A stretch of DNA of 32,000 nt, from assembly GCA_963843975.1 (NCBI GenBank), contig CAWJMG010000003.1, positions 2,310,001-2,342,000 of the forward strand. Reading direction: 5' to 3'. The translations under genes and the position numbers were made by a program. Within the stretch, counting starts at the first letter, position 1, and each line of letters begins with the position of its first letter. Of the stretch, positions 1-8,296 are shown one piece after another. Origin of the DNA: an uncultured Actinomycetes bacterium (GTDB lineage: Bacteria > Actinomycetota > Actinomycetes > S36-B12 > CAIYMF01). The notes beneath the pieces were generated by a model, which was not told the origin of the DNA, did no database searches, and saw only the letters and a program-made list of their open reading frames with translations.

Positions 1-2
1 AC

Positions 3-93
3 TGCGTCATCACCGCGGTCGGCTCGTCGCCCCGCATCGTCGTGACGCTGTCGGACGGCAGGACGGCCGTGAAGGCGATCACCCTCGGCTGAG
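3..93 (+). CDS. 3' end of a CDS entering from upstream of the window (product not identifiable; ends ...VVTLSDGRTAVKAITLG)
   Basis: Frame 3 is open from the window edge to TGA at 91-93. Every codon third position is G or C, the coding signature of this genome. Confidence 0.5.
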
Positions 94-245
94 CATCCCC
101 ACCGGTCCCGGGGAGCGTCGGCGGGCAGGAACGCTGCTGTCATCTCGCGGCGCGCGGCGAGCCCCGGCCGGATCGAGTTCGGCCGGAACCTGCGGGGCGT
201 TGCGGGCGAACGTAGAGTGAACTCCTGGTACCCTTGCGGTACTTC

Positions 246-289
246 GCGGCGGGGTGACTAATGGTCGGTCACCCCGCCGCTTTCCCTTT
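246..289 (+). terminator. Intrinsic-terminator-like hairpin
   Basis: Perfect 13-bp stem GCGGCGGGGTGAC (246-258) / GTCACCCCGCCGC (268-280) with a 9-nt loop, followed by TTTCCCTTT. It lies between the upstream stop (93) and the GTG at 328. Confidence 0.55.
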
Positions 290-327
290 GCCCGCAGGCT
301 GATTGGTCCGCGCCCAGCCGCGCCCCC

Positions 328-2775
328 GTGAGCGACGCCTTCGCGGTGCCCGGCGTGCACCGTCTGTTCACGCTCCCGTCCCGATGGCCGCCTACCGTCG
401 CGCGCGTGTCCATAGTCGAGGCCCCCGTCTCCGTCACCGACGAGAGCGTGCCCGCACCCACGTCTGCGCCGTCCGGGCGCTGGTCCGACCTCGCGCTCGT
501 CGCGTTCGCCTGCCTGGTGGTCGCCCTCGGGCTGCGGCCCGAGCTGCTCCTCACCGACTCGATGCCGCTCGGCACCGACCTCGTCGGCCACGCAGTCGTC
601 GCCTGGTTCGACGGCCAGAACCTGCTCGGCTTCCTCCCGGGGTCGTGGTCGGCCGACATGTTCAACGGCTTCCCCGTGAACCAGCTCTACCCCTGGCTCC
701 CCACCTGGCTGATGGGTCTGCTGTCGCTGGTCCTTCCCCTGTCGATCGCCGTCAAGATCGGGCTCGCGATCCCGCTCGTGGCGCTCCCCTGGGCCGCCTG
801 GCGCGCAGCGAGCTGGGCCGATCTGCCCCGGCCCCTCCCCGTGATGCTGGCCATGGGCACGGTGCCCTTCCTCTACGACACCAGCTGCGGCAGCTGCGGC
901 GGCACGATCAACGCGACCGTCAACGGCGAGTACTCGTTCGCCTGGGCCATGCTCTTCGCCGTCCTGGCGCTCGGGGCGGTCGACCGGCTCGCGCGCGACG
1001 GACGCGGTGGGCCCCTCGCCGCCGTCCTCGTCACGGCCACGGCCTTCAGCCACCCGCTGCCCACCCTCTGGCTGCTCGTGGGCATCGCGACGATCGCCAT
1101 CGGCCGCGAGGTCTGGACCACGCGCCGGATCCTGGCCCGGTTCGGGATCGCCGCGGGTATCGCTGCCCTCATGTCCGCGATGTGGTGGCTGCCGTTCGCG
1201 GCGTACCAGGACTGGATGCCCGACAACCCCCTCGTCCGGGCCGGAACCTTCGACACCTGGCTGCTCCCGGCCACCGCGGCCTGGGAGGCTGGCATCGGTG
1301 CGCTGGCGCTGGGCGGCCTCGTGTGGGCGGTACGACGCCGCTCGTGGCTTCTGCTCGCCTACGCGGTCGGCGCCGCAGTCGCCGTGGCGGCGTTCTTCCG
1401 CTTCACCGACGGCGGCCCGTTCTACAGCATCCGCGTCCTTCCCTTCTGGCACCTGGGGAAGTGGACCCTCGCGGCCGTCGGCTTCGCCTGGCTCGTGCAG
1501 ACGGTCGTACGCCGGCTGCGCTCGGACCGCACCCGCCGCACCGACCCGCGCCTCGCACCGGCGCTGTGGCTGACGGCAGCGACGCTCGTGGTCGGCACCA
1601 CCTGGGGGTGGTGGGGCGTGACGACCCCGCCGACGGCGCGCACGACCGGCGTCGGGGGTCTGCTGGGCTACGAGGTGCCCGTCACCTGGGCGGCAGGCGG
1701 GGTCGAGAGCGCGCTCTCGGGCTTCGCCGCCCGCGACGACTACCCGCAGCTGCAGGCGGTCCAGGGCATGCTGCGCGAGGTCGGGCAGCGGTACGGCTGC
1801 GGCACGCTGATGTGGGACAACGGCGACGTCACCGCGGATGCGGGGCCGGCGTTCGGCGATCCGATGGTGTTCTGGCAGTCGTCGATCTGGACCGATGGCT
1901 GCGTGCCCGCCGCCGACGGCGTGCTCGTCGACTCGAGCATGACCGCACCGGGCATGGCGATGACCAAGAGCCTCGTCTCGCAGTCGGTGGAGCCGCTCCT
2001 GCCCGGCAGGCCGTCCTTCGCCCTCGACGTCGCGCAGGGCGCGCAGCGGATGCAGGCGCTCGGGATCCGCTACTACCTCACCCAGGGCGGAGCGCCCGAA
2101 GAGCAGGCGGCGAAGGTCGAGCTCCTCACCCTCGTGGCGCAGGCCGGGCCCTGGAAGGTGTGGCAGGTGGACAAGGGCGTACCGGTCGCCAGCCTGCCCT
2201 CGAAGCCGGCGGTCTTCGACCCGGCTCTCGCCGACGCCGACTGGGAGTCGGTCTCCAACGCGTACTTCACGACCAGCACCTACAACGGCATGCCGATCGT
2301 GCAGGACGGCCCGGCGTCATGGCCGCGGATCACGCTCGCCGACCTCCCCGACCCGCAGACCGTCGAGCCGGCCGGGGTGTCGGACATCCGGGTGGGCCAG
2401 GGCACGATCACCTTCAGCGTCGAGAACGTCGGCTCGCCGGTGGTCGTCAGGGTGTCGGACTTCCCCGGGTGGTCGGTGACCGGCGCAGACGGCCCGTACC
2501 GCGCGACGCCCAACTACCTCGTGGTCGTGCCGACCGGGACGACCGTCACACTCACGAAGGGCCGCACGGCGGTCGACTGGATCGCCTCGGCTGCGGGCGT
2601 AGCGGGTCTTGCGCTCCTCGTCGGCTACGGCCTCTACCGCCGGCTCGAGGGCGACGACGACCTGTCGGCCACCCACCTCGACGAGGCACCGGGATCAGGG
2701 GACGAGCCCGGCCCGGACGCCGACGGCGACGCGGACCCGGACGCAGCTGAGCCTGGCGCCACCCTGCAGAACTGA
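328..2775 (+). CDS. Large polytopic membrane protein (815 aa). It has many N-terminal TM helices, a ~330-aa extracytoplasmic domain, and a C-terminal TM helix with an acidic tail. The topology resembles GT-C/YfhO-type membrane glycosyltransferases; function not established.
   Basis: Long ORF from GTG 328 with protein-like composition. Repeated hydrophobic helices span roughly the first 440 aa. A final helix IASAAGVAGLALLVGYGLY is followed by a D/E/P-rich tail. The overlapping frames (303..2750 +, 79..1452 -) translate to Arg/Pro/Gly shadow sequence. Confidence 0.75.
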   Translation: MSDAFAVPGVHRLFTLPSRWPPTVARVSIVEAPVSVTDESVPAPTSAPSGRWSDLALVAFACLVVALGLRPELLLTDSMPLGTDLVGHAVVAWFDGQNLLGFLPGSWSADMFNGFPVNQLYPWLPTWLMGLLSLVLPLSIAVKIGLAIPLVALPWAAWRAASWADLPRPLPVMLAMGTVPFLYDTSCGSCGGTINATVNGEYSFAWAMLFAVLALGAVDRLARDGRGGPLAAVLVTATAFSHPLPTLWLLVGIATIAIGREVWTTRRILARFGIAAGIAALMSAMWWLPFAAYQDWMPDNPLVRAGTFDTWLLPATAAWEAGIGALALGGLVWAVRRRSWLLLAYAVGAAVAVAAFFRFTDGGPFYSIRVLPFWHLGKWTLAAVGFAWLVQTVVRRLRSDRTRRTDPRLAPALWLTAATLVVGTTWGWWGVTTPPTARTTGVGGLLGYEVPVTWAAGGVESALSGFAARDDYPQLQAVQGMLREVGQRYGCGTLMWDNGDVTADAGPAFGDPMVFWQSSIWTDGCVPAADGVLVDSSMTAPGMAMTKSLVSQSVEPLLPGRPSFALDVAQGAQRMQALGIRYYLTQGGAPEEQAAKVELLTLVAQAGPWKVWQVDKGVPVASLPSKPAVFDPALADADWESVSNAYFTTSTYNGMPIVQDGPASWPRITLADLPDPQTVEPAGVSDIRVGQGTITFSVENVGSPVVVRVSDFPGWSVTGADGPYRATPNYLVVVPTGTTVTLTKGRTAVDWIASAAGVAGLALLVGYGLYRRLEGDDDLSATHLDEAPGSGDEPGPDADGDADPDAAEPGATLQN

Positions 2776-2812
2776 CGCCCGCCGCCGAGCGTCGTCGACC
2801 TCGGTCAGCACG

Positions 2813-2843
2813 AGGCCCGCGAGCGCAGCGCGCCCGCGGGCCT
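2813..2843. terminator. Bidirectional hairpin between convergent genes (815-aa gene and pstB)
   Basis: AGGCCCGCG (2813-2821) pairs with CGCGGGCCT (2835-2843) around a GC-rich 13-nt loop. It sits in the 92-bp gap between two convergent stops. Confidence 0.5.
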
Positions 2844-2867
2844 GATCACGTCACGTGGCGGTGGTCG

Positions 2868-3734
2868 TCACCCGAAGCGGCCGTTGACGTAGTCGTAGGT
2901 GCGGCGGTCCTGCGGCTCGGAGAACACCGCGTCGGTCGGGCCGTGCTCCACGATGACGCCGGGCTTGCCCTGCTCGGCGAGGAAGAACGCGCACTGGTCG
3001 GAGACTCGCTGCGCCTGCTGCATGTTGTGGGTGACGATCACGATCGTCACCTCGTTGACGAGCTCGATGATCGTCTCCTCGATGCGACGCGTGGACGTCG
3101 GGTCGAGGGCCGAGCAGGGCTCGTCCATGAGGAGCACCCTGGGCTTGATCGCGAGCGAGCGCGCGATGCACAGGCGCTGCTGCTGACCGCCGGAGAGACC
3201 GCCGCCAGGGTTGCGCAGCCGGTCTCGCACCTCCTTCCAGAGGCCTGCCTTGGAGAGGCAGCTCTCGACGAGCTCGTCCTTGGTGTCCTTGCCCGCCTTG
3301 GTGCCGGTGAGCTGAAGGCCCGCGATCACGTTGTCGTAGATGGACATCGCCGGGAACGGGTTCGGCTTCTGGAAGACCATGCCGATGTGGCGGCGGGCGT
3401 CCGTGAGCCGCTTCTCCGGCGCGTAGATGTCGTCACCGTCGAGCAGCACCTGGCCCGACATCGTGGCGTTCGGGATGAGCTCGTGCATCCGGTTGAGGTT
3501 GCGCAGGAACGTCGACTTGCCGCAGCCTGACGGCCCGATGAGGGCCATGACCTCGCCGGCCTTCATGTGCAGCGAGACGCGGTCGAGCGCGTGGTGCGTG
3601 CCGAACCAGGCCGACACCTCGCGGGCGTCGAGCGTTCCGCCGTCGACCGTCGAGGGTGCCGAGGTCGGCGACGGCGCCGGCGCCGGCACCACGGTCGGCG
3701 TCTCGACAGCGGGAGACTGGGCCTCGATGGTCAT
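2868..3734 (-). CDS. pstB: Phosphate ABC transporter ATP-binding protein PstB
   Basis: Walker [10 protein letters not shown], signature [16 protein letters not shown], Walker [14 protein letters not shown]-loop VTHNMQQA. The characteristic PstB C-terminus is present ([11 protein letters not shown]), as is [13 protein letters not shown] at 3734 is preceded by AGGAAGAGA. Confidence 0.95.
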   Translation of the reverse strand: MTIEAQSPAVETPTVVPAPAPSPTSAPSTVDGGTLDAREVSAWFGTHHALDRVSLHMKAGEVMALIGPSGCGKSTFLRNLNRMHELIPNATMSGQVLLDGDDIYAPEKRLTDARRHIGMVFQKPNPFPAMSIYDNVIAGLQLTGTKAGKDTKDELVESCLSKAGLWKEVRDRLRNPGGGLSGGQQQRLCIARSLAIKPRVLLMDEPCSALDPTSTRRIEETIIELVNEVTIVIVTHNMQQAQRVSDQCAFFLAEQGKPGVIVEHGPTDAVFSEPQDRRTYDYVNGRFG

Positions 3735-3788
3735 GGGGTCATCTCTTCCTGACGGGGGATCGCGGGGACGGTCACGGTCTCGGCCTGC

Positions 3789-4715
3789 TCACAGGAGGTT
3801 GGGCAGCAGCGCGGCGACCTGGTTGCTCACGGCCCACCCGGTCGCGAGCAGCAGCGGCACTCCGACGGTCCAGGCCTGCCAGCGCCCCCAGCGCTCGCGT
3901 GACCAGGTGAAGAAGAGGACGGCGAGCAGGAACGCCTGCGCCCAGAGCACGAGCCCGAACGCCTGCGAGCTGTCGCCCGCCATCGGCCGCTCCGCGTCGG
4001 GCAGCGAGAGCGTCGTGACCGCACGCGGGCCGGCCGGGAACGGCACCTTGTCGACCGTGGTGCCGTCGGCGCTCGATCTGACCAACGTGGCATCCACACG
4101 GACCGTCGTCTCGGCGAGGTACGGCATTCCCTCGGCACTGATGAGGGTGAGGCGTGCGCCACCGGCCGTGAGGGGCTTCGGCTGGGGGTCGCCGGCACGG
4201 CGCACCGCGTCGACCACGTACGTCGAGAAGCCCTGCCCGGTCGTGACGGTGATCTCGGTGCCGGGAGTCAGCTGCCCGATGCCGCCGAACGGTCCGCCGA
4301 ACGCGGACTGACGCCCCATGACGATCGAGACGCCCGCCTGGCCGGGGAGCACGGTGTCCCGGCGATGACCCGGGCCCGACATGGTCTGCGACGACGCCGT
4401 GCCCTCGACCACGACCAGCTCCTTGCCGAGCGAGGGAAGGGCCAGGATCGCAACCGGCGCACCGATCGCGACGGGCTGACCCTCGAACGTGAGGGCGCTG
4501 ACCGGCGCCGTCCCCTCGGCGAGGGACTTGCGCAGGTCGCTGTAGAGCACCTGCTGGTCGCGCGCGGCCTGGAAGGGGCTGCCGACCACGAGCAGGAACA
4601 CGAAGCCGAGGCAGAGCAGCGCCAGCCCGGTCGTCACCGAGATGACATAGGCCCACATCGGCGACGGCTTGCGGTGCCGCGACGGCTTGGGCTTCGGCTC
4701 GGCGTCGCGCACCAT
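3789..4715 (-). CDS. Sortase-fold (class E-like) membrane protein lacking the canonical catalytic His and Cys. It has an N-terminal TM helix and two C-terminal TM helices.
   Basis: Sortase-like blocks are present: LPSLGKELVVVEG, SGPGHRRDTVLPGQAG, IVMGRQSAFGGPFGGIGQLTPGTEITVTT and ARLTLISAEG...VRVDA. The usual GHR is GRQ (ggg cgt cag, about 4306-4314). The usual TL(V/T)TC is LISAEG (ctc atc agt gcc gag gga, about 4127-4144). An alternative GTG start at 4856 lies 2 nt after the upstream stop. This gene is the C-terminal part of the spurious 1300-aa ORF 3789..7691. Confidence 0.7.
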   Translation of the reverse strand: MVRDAEPKPKPSRHRKPSPMWAYVISVTTGLALLCLGFVFLLVVGSPFQAARDQQVLYSDLRKSLAEGTAPVSALTFEGQPVAIGAPVAILALPSLGKELVVVEGTASSQTMSGPGHRRDTVLPGQAGVSIVMGRQSAFGGPFGGIGQLTPGTEITVTTGQGFSTYVVDAVRRAGDPQPKPLTAGGARLTLISAEGMPYLAETTVRVDATLVRSSADGTTVDKVPFPAGPRAVTTLSLPDAERPMAGDSSQAFGLVLWAQAFLLAVLFFTWSRERWGRWQAWTVGVPLLLATGWAVSNQVAALLPNLL

Positions 4716-4858
4716 CAGCGTGGGGCGACGCAGCCGCGTCCCCTTCTGCTCCGCGACCCGGCGGGCGCGCCGCCCACCCTCGGTCGACGACGAGGCGACC
4801 TCCCCCGTGGCCACCGCCACGGGGGAGGCCTGCGCCTCCTGGAGATCTGCGCTCACGA

Positions 4859-6202
4859 CTACTTGACCGTGACCGCGGCGCTCGTCTTGACGGCGGTGGC
4901 GTAGCCGGTGCGCTTGACCTGGACGGTGAGCGTGAGCTTCTTGCCCTTGTCCTTCGCCGTGGCCTTGTAGGTGGTCGCCGTGGCGCCCTGCTTCACGACC
5001 GTCGTGCCGCGCTTCCAGACGTAGGTGTAGGTGTACGTCGCCGTCGGCGACCACACGCCCTTGAACGCCTTGAGCGTCTCGCCGACGTTCGCGGCCGAGC
5101 CGGAGAACGTGATCCTCGGCGCCTTGGCCGCGACCGCGGCAGAGCCGAGGGCGACCTTCGTTGCCGCCGTGGTGCTCGGGCTGCCGTCGCCGATCGGGTT
5201 GGAGCCGGTGACGCGGCACGAGAGCGTCTTGCCGGCGTCCGCAGCGGCGAGGACGACGTCGGAGTCGGTGGTGCTGGTCTGCGCGACGACGCCGTTCTTC
5301 AGGAACTCGTAGGTGTACTGCGTGGCCCCCGACCAGACACCCGGCAGGCAGACGACGCGGGCGCCGACCTTCACGGTGCCGCTGAGCGACGCGGGCGACA
5401 GCAGCGTGGGGGCTGCGAGGCTGACCGTCACGGAGGAGTCGGTGGAGGTCGAGGACGTGAACGGGTCGGTGGCACCCGGGGTGTAGACGGCGGTCAGCGT
5501 GTGCGAGCCGAGTCCGAGAAGGCCGTAGCTCGTCGCCGCCACGCCGCTCGCGTCGACGCTTGCCGTGGCGAGGACGGTGCCGCCCTCCTTGAACGCCACC
5601 GTGCCCGTCGGCTTGGCGCCGGACGGGTTGGTCGTGTTGGACACCGCCGCGCTGAGGGCCAGCTGCTGACCCCAGCCCGAGGTGGCGGCCACGGAGAGCG
5701 TCGTGCTGGTGCCGGCCTTCACGACCGGCACCTGCGGCGTGACGGTGGCACCGCTGTTGGACACCGTGAAGGTGCCGACGTAGTCGCCGAGGGTCGCGGA
5801 CTGCAGCAGCGCGCGGCAGACGAGCGTGACGGTGTAGGTGCCGTCGTCCAGCTGGGTCAGGCCGTTGTTCGTCGCGAACACGCGCAGGGTGTTCGAGACC
5901 GGGACGGTGAACGCGCTGGCGATGCCGGTGCCGATGGTGCTGCCCGCGGTGTTGCCGACGATGTTGCCGGCGTCGACCGGGACGTTGCCGCCGGAGACCT
6001 TGACCTGGAAGTTCGTCGCAGGGTTCGGGCAGCCCGCCGACGTGGTCACGCTGAACGCCGAGTCCTGGGTCGTCAGCGACGTGAAGGTCAGCGAACCGAT
6101 CTCCGCGGCCTGGGCTGCGGGGGCGACGGCCACGATCGTGAGGCCGAGCGCCGCGGCGGCGATCGCACCGACGGCTCGGGTCGAACGGGTCAGCAGGTTC
6201 AT
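4859..6202 (-). CDS. Secreted surface protein (447 aa). It has a signal peptide, the shared two-Cys N-terminal domain, one Ig-like (Big-type) domain and two Ig-like G-x-W...Y-x-(W/F) repeats. No anchor motif.
   Basis: Signal peptide MNLLTRSTRAVGAIAAAALGLTIVAVAPAAQA, with GAAGGA before the ATG at 6202. The N-domain is about 75% identical to that of the next gene. The Ig-like segment reads TGTVAFKEGGTVLATASVDASGVAATSY...HTLTAVYTPG. The protein ends ...AAVTVK with no LAxTG or TM. Confidence 0.8.
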   Translation of the reverse strand: MNLLTRSTRAVGAIAAAALGLTIVAVAPAAQAAEIGSLTFTSLTTQDSAFSVTTSAGCPNPATNFQVKVSGGNVPVDAGNIVGNTAGSTIGTGIASAFTVPVSNTLRVFATNNGLTQLDDGTYTVTLVCRALLQSATLGDYVGTFTVSNSGATVTPQVPVVKAGTSTTLSVAATSGWGQQLALSAAVSNTTNPSGAKPTGTVAFKEGGTVLATASVDASGVAATSYGLLGLGSHTLTAVYTPGATDPFTSSTSTDSSVTVSLAAPTLLSPASLSGTVKVGARVVCLPGVWSGATQYTYEFLKNGVVAQTSTTDSDVVLAAADAGKTLSCRVTGSNPIGDGSPSTTAATKVALGSAAVAAKAPRITFSGSAANVGETLKAFKGVWSPTATYTYTYVWKRGTTVVKQGATATTYKATAKDKGKKLTLTVQVKRTGYATAVKTSAAVTVK

Positions 6203-6259
6203 CGGGATCCTTCGGGACGTCGCGGGTTCGGCTGGCAGGACGTGGAACGTGGTGCGGGG

Positions 6260-7219
6260 CTAGCGGCGCTCGTGCCGACCGACGACCTGCGGCCGTCCGG
6301 CACCGAGCAGGGCGAGGCCGGCCACGAGGGCGAGGACGGCTGTGAGGCCGAGCACCGGTCCACCGGCACCCGTCTGGGCGAGTCCACCGGTCGATCCGCC
6401 GCCGGCGTTCTCCGACGCCGTGACGGTCGGGTCGGCGCTCGCGGTGTCGATCGGCGTGGCCGACTCGGTCGGTGTCTCGGACTCCGTCGGCGTGGCCGTG
6501 GCGGTCGCCGTGTCCGTGGGCGTCGCCGTCTGCGACGCGGTCGCCGTGGCCGTGGGCGTCACGGTCGGCGTGACTGTGGGCGTCACGGTCGGCGTCACCG
6601 TGGGGGTCACGGTCGGCGTGGCCGTGGGCGTCACGGTCGGCGTCACGGTTGGCGTCACCGTGGGCGTGACCGTCGGTGTCACGGTCGGCGTCACCGTGGG
6701 CGTGACGGTCGGTGTGACCGTCGGGGAGGCCGTGCTCGGGACGACCGGGGTCACCTTCGTGCCCGTGCCGCTGACCACGAACGTGCCCACGTAGTCGCCC
6801 TGCGACGCCGAGGCCAGGAGGCCGCGGCAGATCAGCGTCGTCGTGTAGGTGCCGTCGCTGAGCGCCGACAGGCCGTTGTTCGTCGCGAAGACCCGCAGCG
6901 TGTTCGACACCGGCACAGCGAAGGGCCCTGCGTTGATGCCCGTGCCGATCGTCGCGCCCGCGGTGTTGCCGACGATGTTCCCCGCCGTGGTCGGGATGTT
7001 GCCGCCGGTGACCTTGATCTGGAAGTTGGTCGCGCCGGCCGGGCAGCCCGCCGACGTCGTGACGCTGAACGGCGAGTCCTGCGTCGTCAGCGACGTGAAG
7101 GTCAGCGTTCCGATCTGGGCGGCTGACGCCGTGCCGGACAGGAGCGCGAGAGCACCCGAGGCCGCACCGAGCGCGATGAGGACCGACGCGGCAGAGCGTC
7201 GTACGAGCGACTGGGACAT
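6260..7219 (-). CDS. LAQTG cell-wall-anchored surface protein (319 aa) with the shared two-Cys N-terminal domain and a (TPTV)n stalk
   Basis: ATG at 7219 is preceded by GGAAGAGGAG, followed by a signal peptide. The C-terminal sorting signal is LAQTG, then the hydrophobic stretch AGGPVLGLTAVLALVAGLALLGAG, then the basic tail RPQVVGRHERR. The track ORF extends to 7270, which overlaps the upstream stop. Confidence 0.85.
   Translation of the reverse strand: MSQSLVRRSAASVLIALGAASGALALLSGTASAAQIGTLTFTSLTTQDSPFSVTTSAGCPAGATNFQIKVTGGNIPTTAGNIVGNTAGATIGTGINAGPFAVPVSNTLRVFATNNGLSALSDGTYTTTLICRGLLASASQGDYVGTFVVSGTGTKVTPVVPSTASPTVTPTVTPTVTPTVTPTVTPTVTPTVTPTVTPTATPTVTPTVTPTVTPTVTPTVTPTATATASQTATPTDTATATATPTESETPTESATPIDTASADPTVTASENAGGGSTGGLAQTGAGGPVLGLTAVLALVAGLALLGAGRPQVVGRHERR
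6548..6724 (-). repeat. 12-bp tandem repeat encoding (TPTV)n, about 14-15 units, within a longer T/P/A/E-rich stalk (6416-6724)
   Basis: The plus strand shows GTCACGGTCGGC/GTCACCGTGGGC-type 12-mers repeated head to tail. The translation is PTVTPTVTPTV...TPTATPTVTPTV. Confidence 0.9.
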
Positions 7220-7266
7220 GGTGCTCCTCTTCCGGACGACCGTCGTGCGACGGTCCGACGTACGGC

Positions 7267-8136
7267 TCACAGCGCATCGACCCGCTCGCGCTGGCCGACG
7301 GGCTCGTCGGCGCGACGCAGCGGACGACGGAGCGCCGTCGCGATGGCGAGGCCGACGAGCAGGACGACTCCGGCCCCCAGCAGCACGTTGCGCGCCGTGG
7401 TGTCGGCCACCGGGCGGCTGCCGGTGGAAGCTGCCGCGTCGGTCTGGTCGCCGGCCACCGGCGCCTGTGTCGAGCCGGGTGCGGCGCTCTCCCCCGGCGC
7501 CGCCGTCCCGGCGCCGCTCGGCTGCGCAGACGGGTCGCCCTGCTGGGCCGGCTCCCCCGTGGCGGCGGCGGTGGGGTCGAGGCTGCTGCCGGCCAGCGGG
7601 TCGGCGGGGTCGAGCGGCTTGAGCTCGGTGTTGAACGGCTTCGCGGTCTCGCCGAGGGCCGTGAAGGCGCCCTTGCCGTCGAGCAGCACACGACCGCTGA
7701 AGGCGCCGTACGTCAGCGACCCGCGCAGGAGGTCGCGGCAGGTGGCGGTGAGCGTGTACGTGCCGCCGGGCTTCACCTGGATCGCGTTGACGGCGAACCA
7801 GTCGCGAAAGGTGAACGACAACGGCACGAGGAGCTGACCGCTCACGGTCGGCTTGAGCGCCTTCAGCTGGGTGACACCGACGAGGTTGCCGACGGTGTTG
7901 TCGTCAGGGATGTTCGGTCCGGACAGCGTCACGACGACCGCTGTCGCCTTCGCCGGGCACGGCTCCTCGGTGAGGATGGAGGTGACGTCGGCGACCTTGG
8001 CCGACGCTGGGTCGAGGCGTACCCAGCCGAGGTCGGCCTCGGCGGCGGCCGCGGGACCCGCCGCCAACGAGAGCACCGACCCGGCGAGAAGGGTGGCGAG
8101 CGCCGCGCCGAGTGCGCGGACGACCAGGCGGGACAT
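7267..8136 (-). CDS. Membrane-anchored surface protein (289 aa). It has a divergent copy of the two-Cys N-terminal domain, a low-complexity P/A/G/S linker, and a C-terminal TM helix with an RRPLRR tail.
   Basis: ATG at 8136 is preceded by GAGGAAGGA. Signal peptide MSRLVVRALGAALATLLAGSVLSLAAGPAAAA. Cys pair in ...EEPCPAKAT... and ...LTATCRDLL.... The C-terminus reads NVLLGAGVVLLVGLAIATALRRPLRR with no LAxTG. Confidence 0.75.
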   Translation of the reverse strand: MSRLVVRALGAALATLLAGSVLSLAAGPAAAAEADLGWVRLDPASAKVADVTSILTEEPCPAKATAVVVTLSGPNIPDDNTVGNLVGVTQLKALKPTVSGQLLVPLSFTFRDWFAVNAIQVKPGGTYTLTATCRDLLRGSLTYGAFSGRVLLDGKGAFTALGETAKPFNTELKPLDPADPLAGSSLDPTAAATGEPAQQGDPSAQPSGAGTAAPGESAAPGSTQAPVAGDQTDAAASTGSRPVADTTARNVLLGAGVVLLVGLAIATALRRPLRRADEPVGQRERVDAL

Positions 8137-8159
8137 GGCGATCCTTCCTCGGGCCGATC

Positions 8160-8222
8160 GGTCCGCGAACGGACGGGAACGGTGCTGCGTCACGTGGTCA
8201 ATCCACGTGGGTGGAGGTGAAC
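8160..8222 (-). promoter_or_regulatory. Candidate regulatory cluster upstream of the 7267..8136 gene: GTTC-repeat units plus a perfect 7-5-7 palindrome
   Basis: Read on the minus strand, the order is GTTCACCTCCA (8222-8212), then CACGTGG-TCAAT-CCACGTG (8191-8209), then GTTCCCGTCC (8180-8171) and GTTCGCGGACC (8170-8160). All lie within a 160-bp intergenic gap. Confidence 0.35.
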
Positions 8223-8296
8223 GGACGGTTGCCTGAAGGCATCCGACGCGATGCGGTTCGCGGTACAGATCTGCGTCGTCCGTGCGGCCTTCTTCG

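Noticed and set aside
1790-1830. LMWDNG in the 815-aa membrane protein as a WWDYG-type oligosaccharyltransferase (STT3/PglB) motif
   Set aside because: This is a single short, degenerate match found by eye, with no supporting DxD, DK or MI motifs that I can place. It is not enough to call an OST, so only the general GT-C-like topology is retained.
6416-6724. Regular short repeats as a possible CRISPR array
   Set aside because: The period is 12 bp with no spacers, it lies inside an ORF and it encodes (TPTV)n. It is not a CRISPR array.
3789-7691. 1300-aa ORF in the track spanning four genes
   Set aside because: Only the last ~308 codons (sortase-like) look like protein. The upstream part is Arg/Pro/His/Gly-rich shadow sequence lying out of frame over the real genes 4859..6202, 6260..7219 and 7267..8136.
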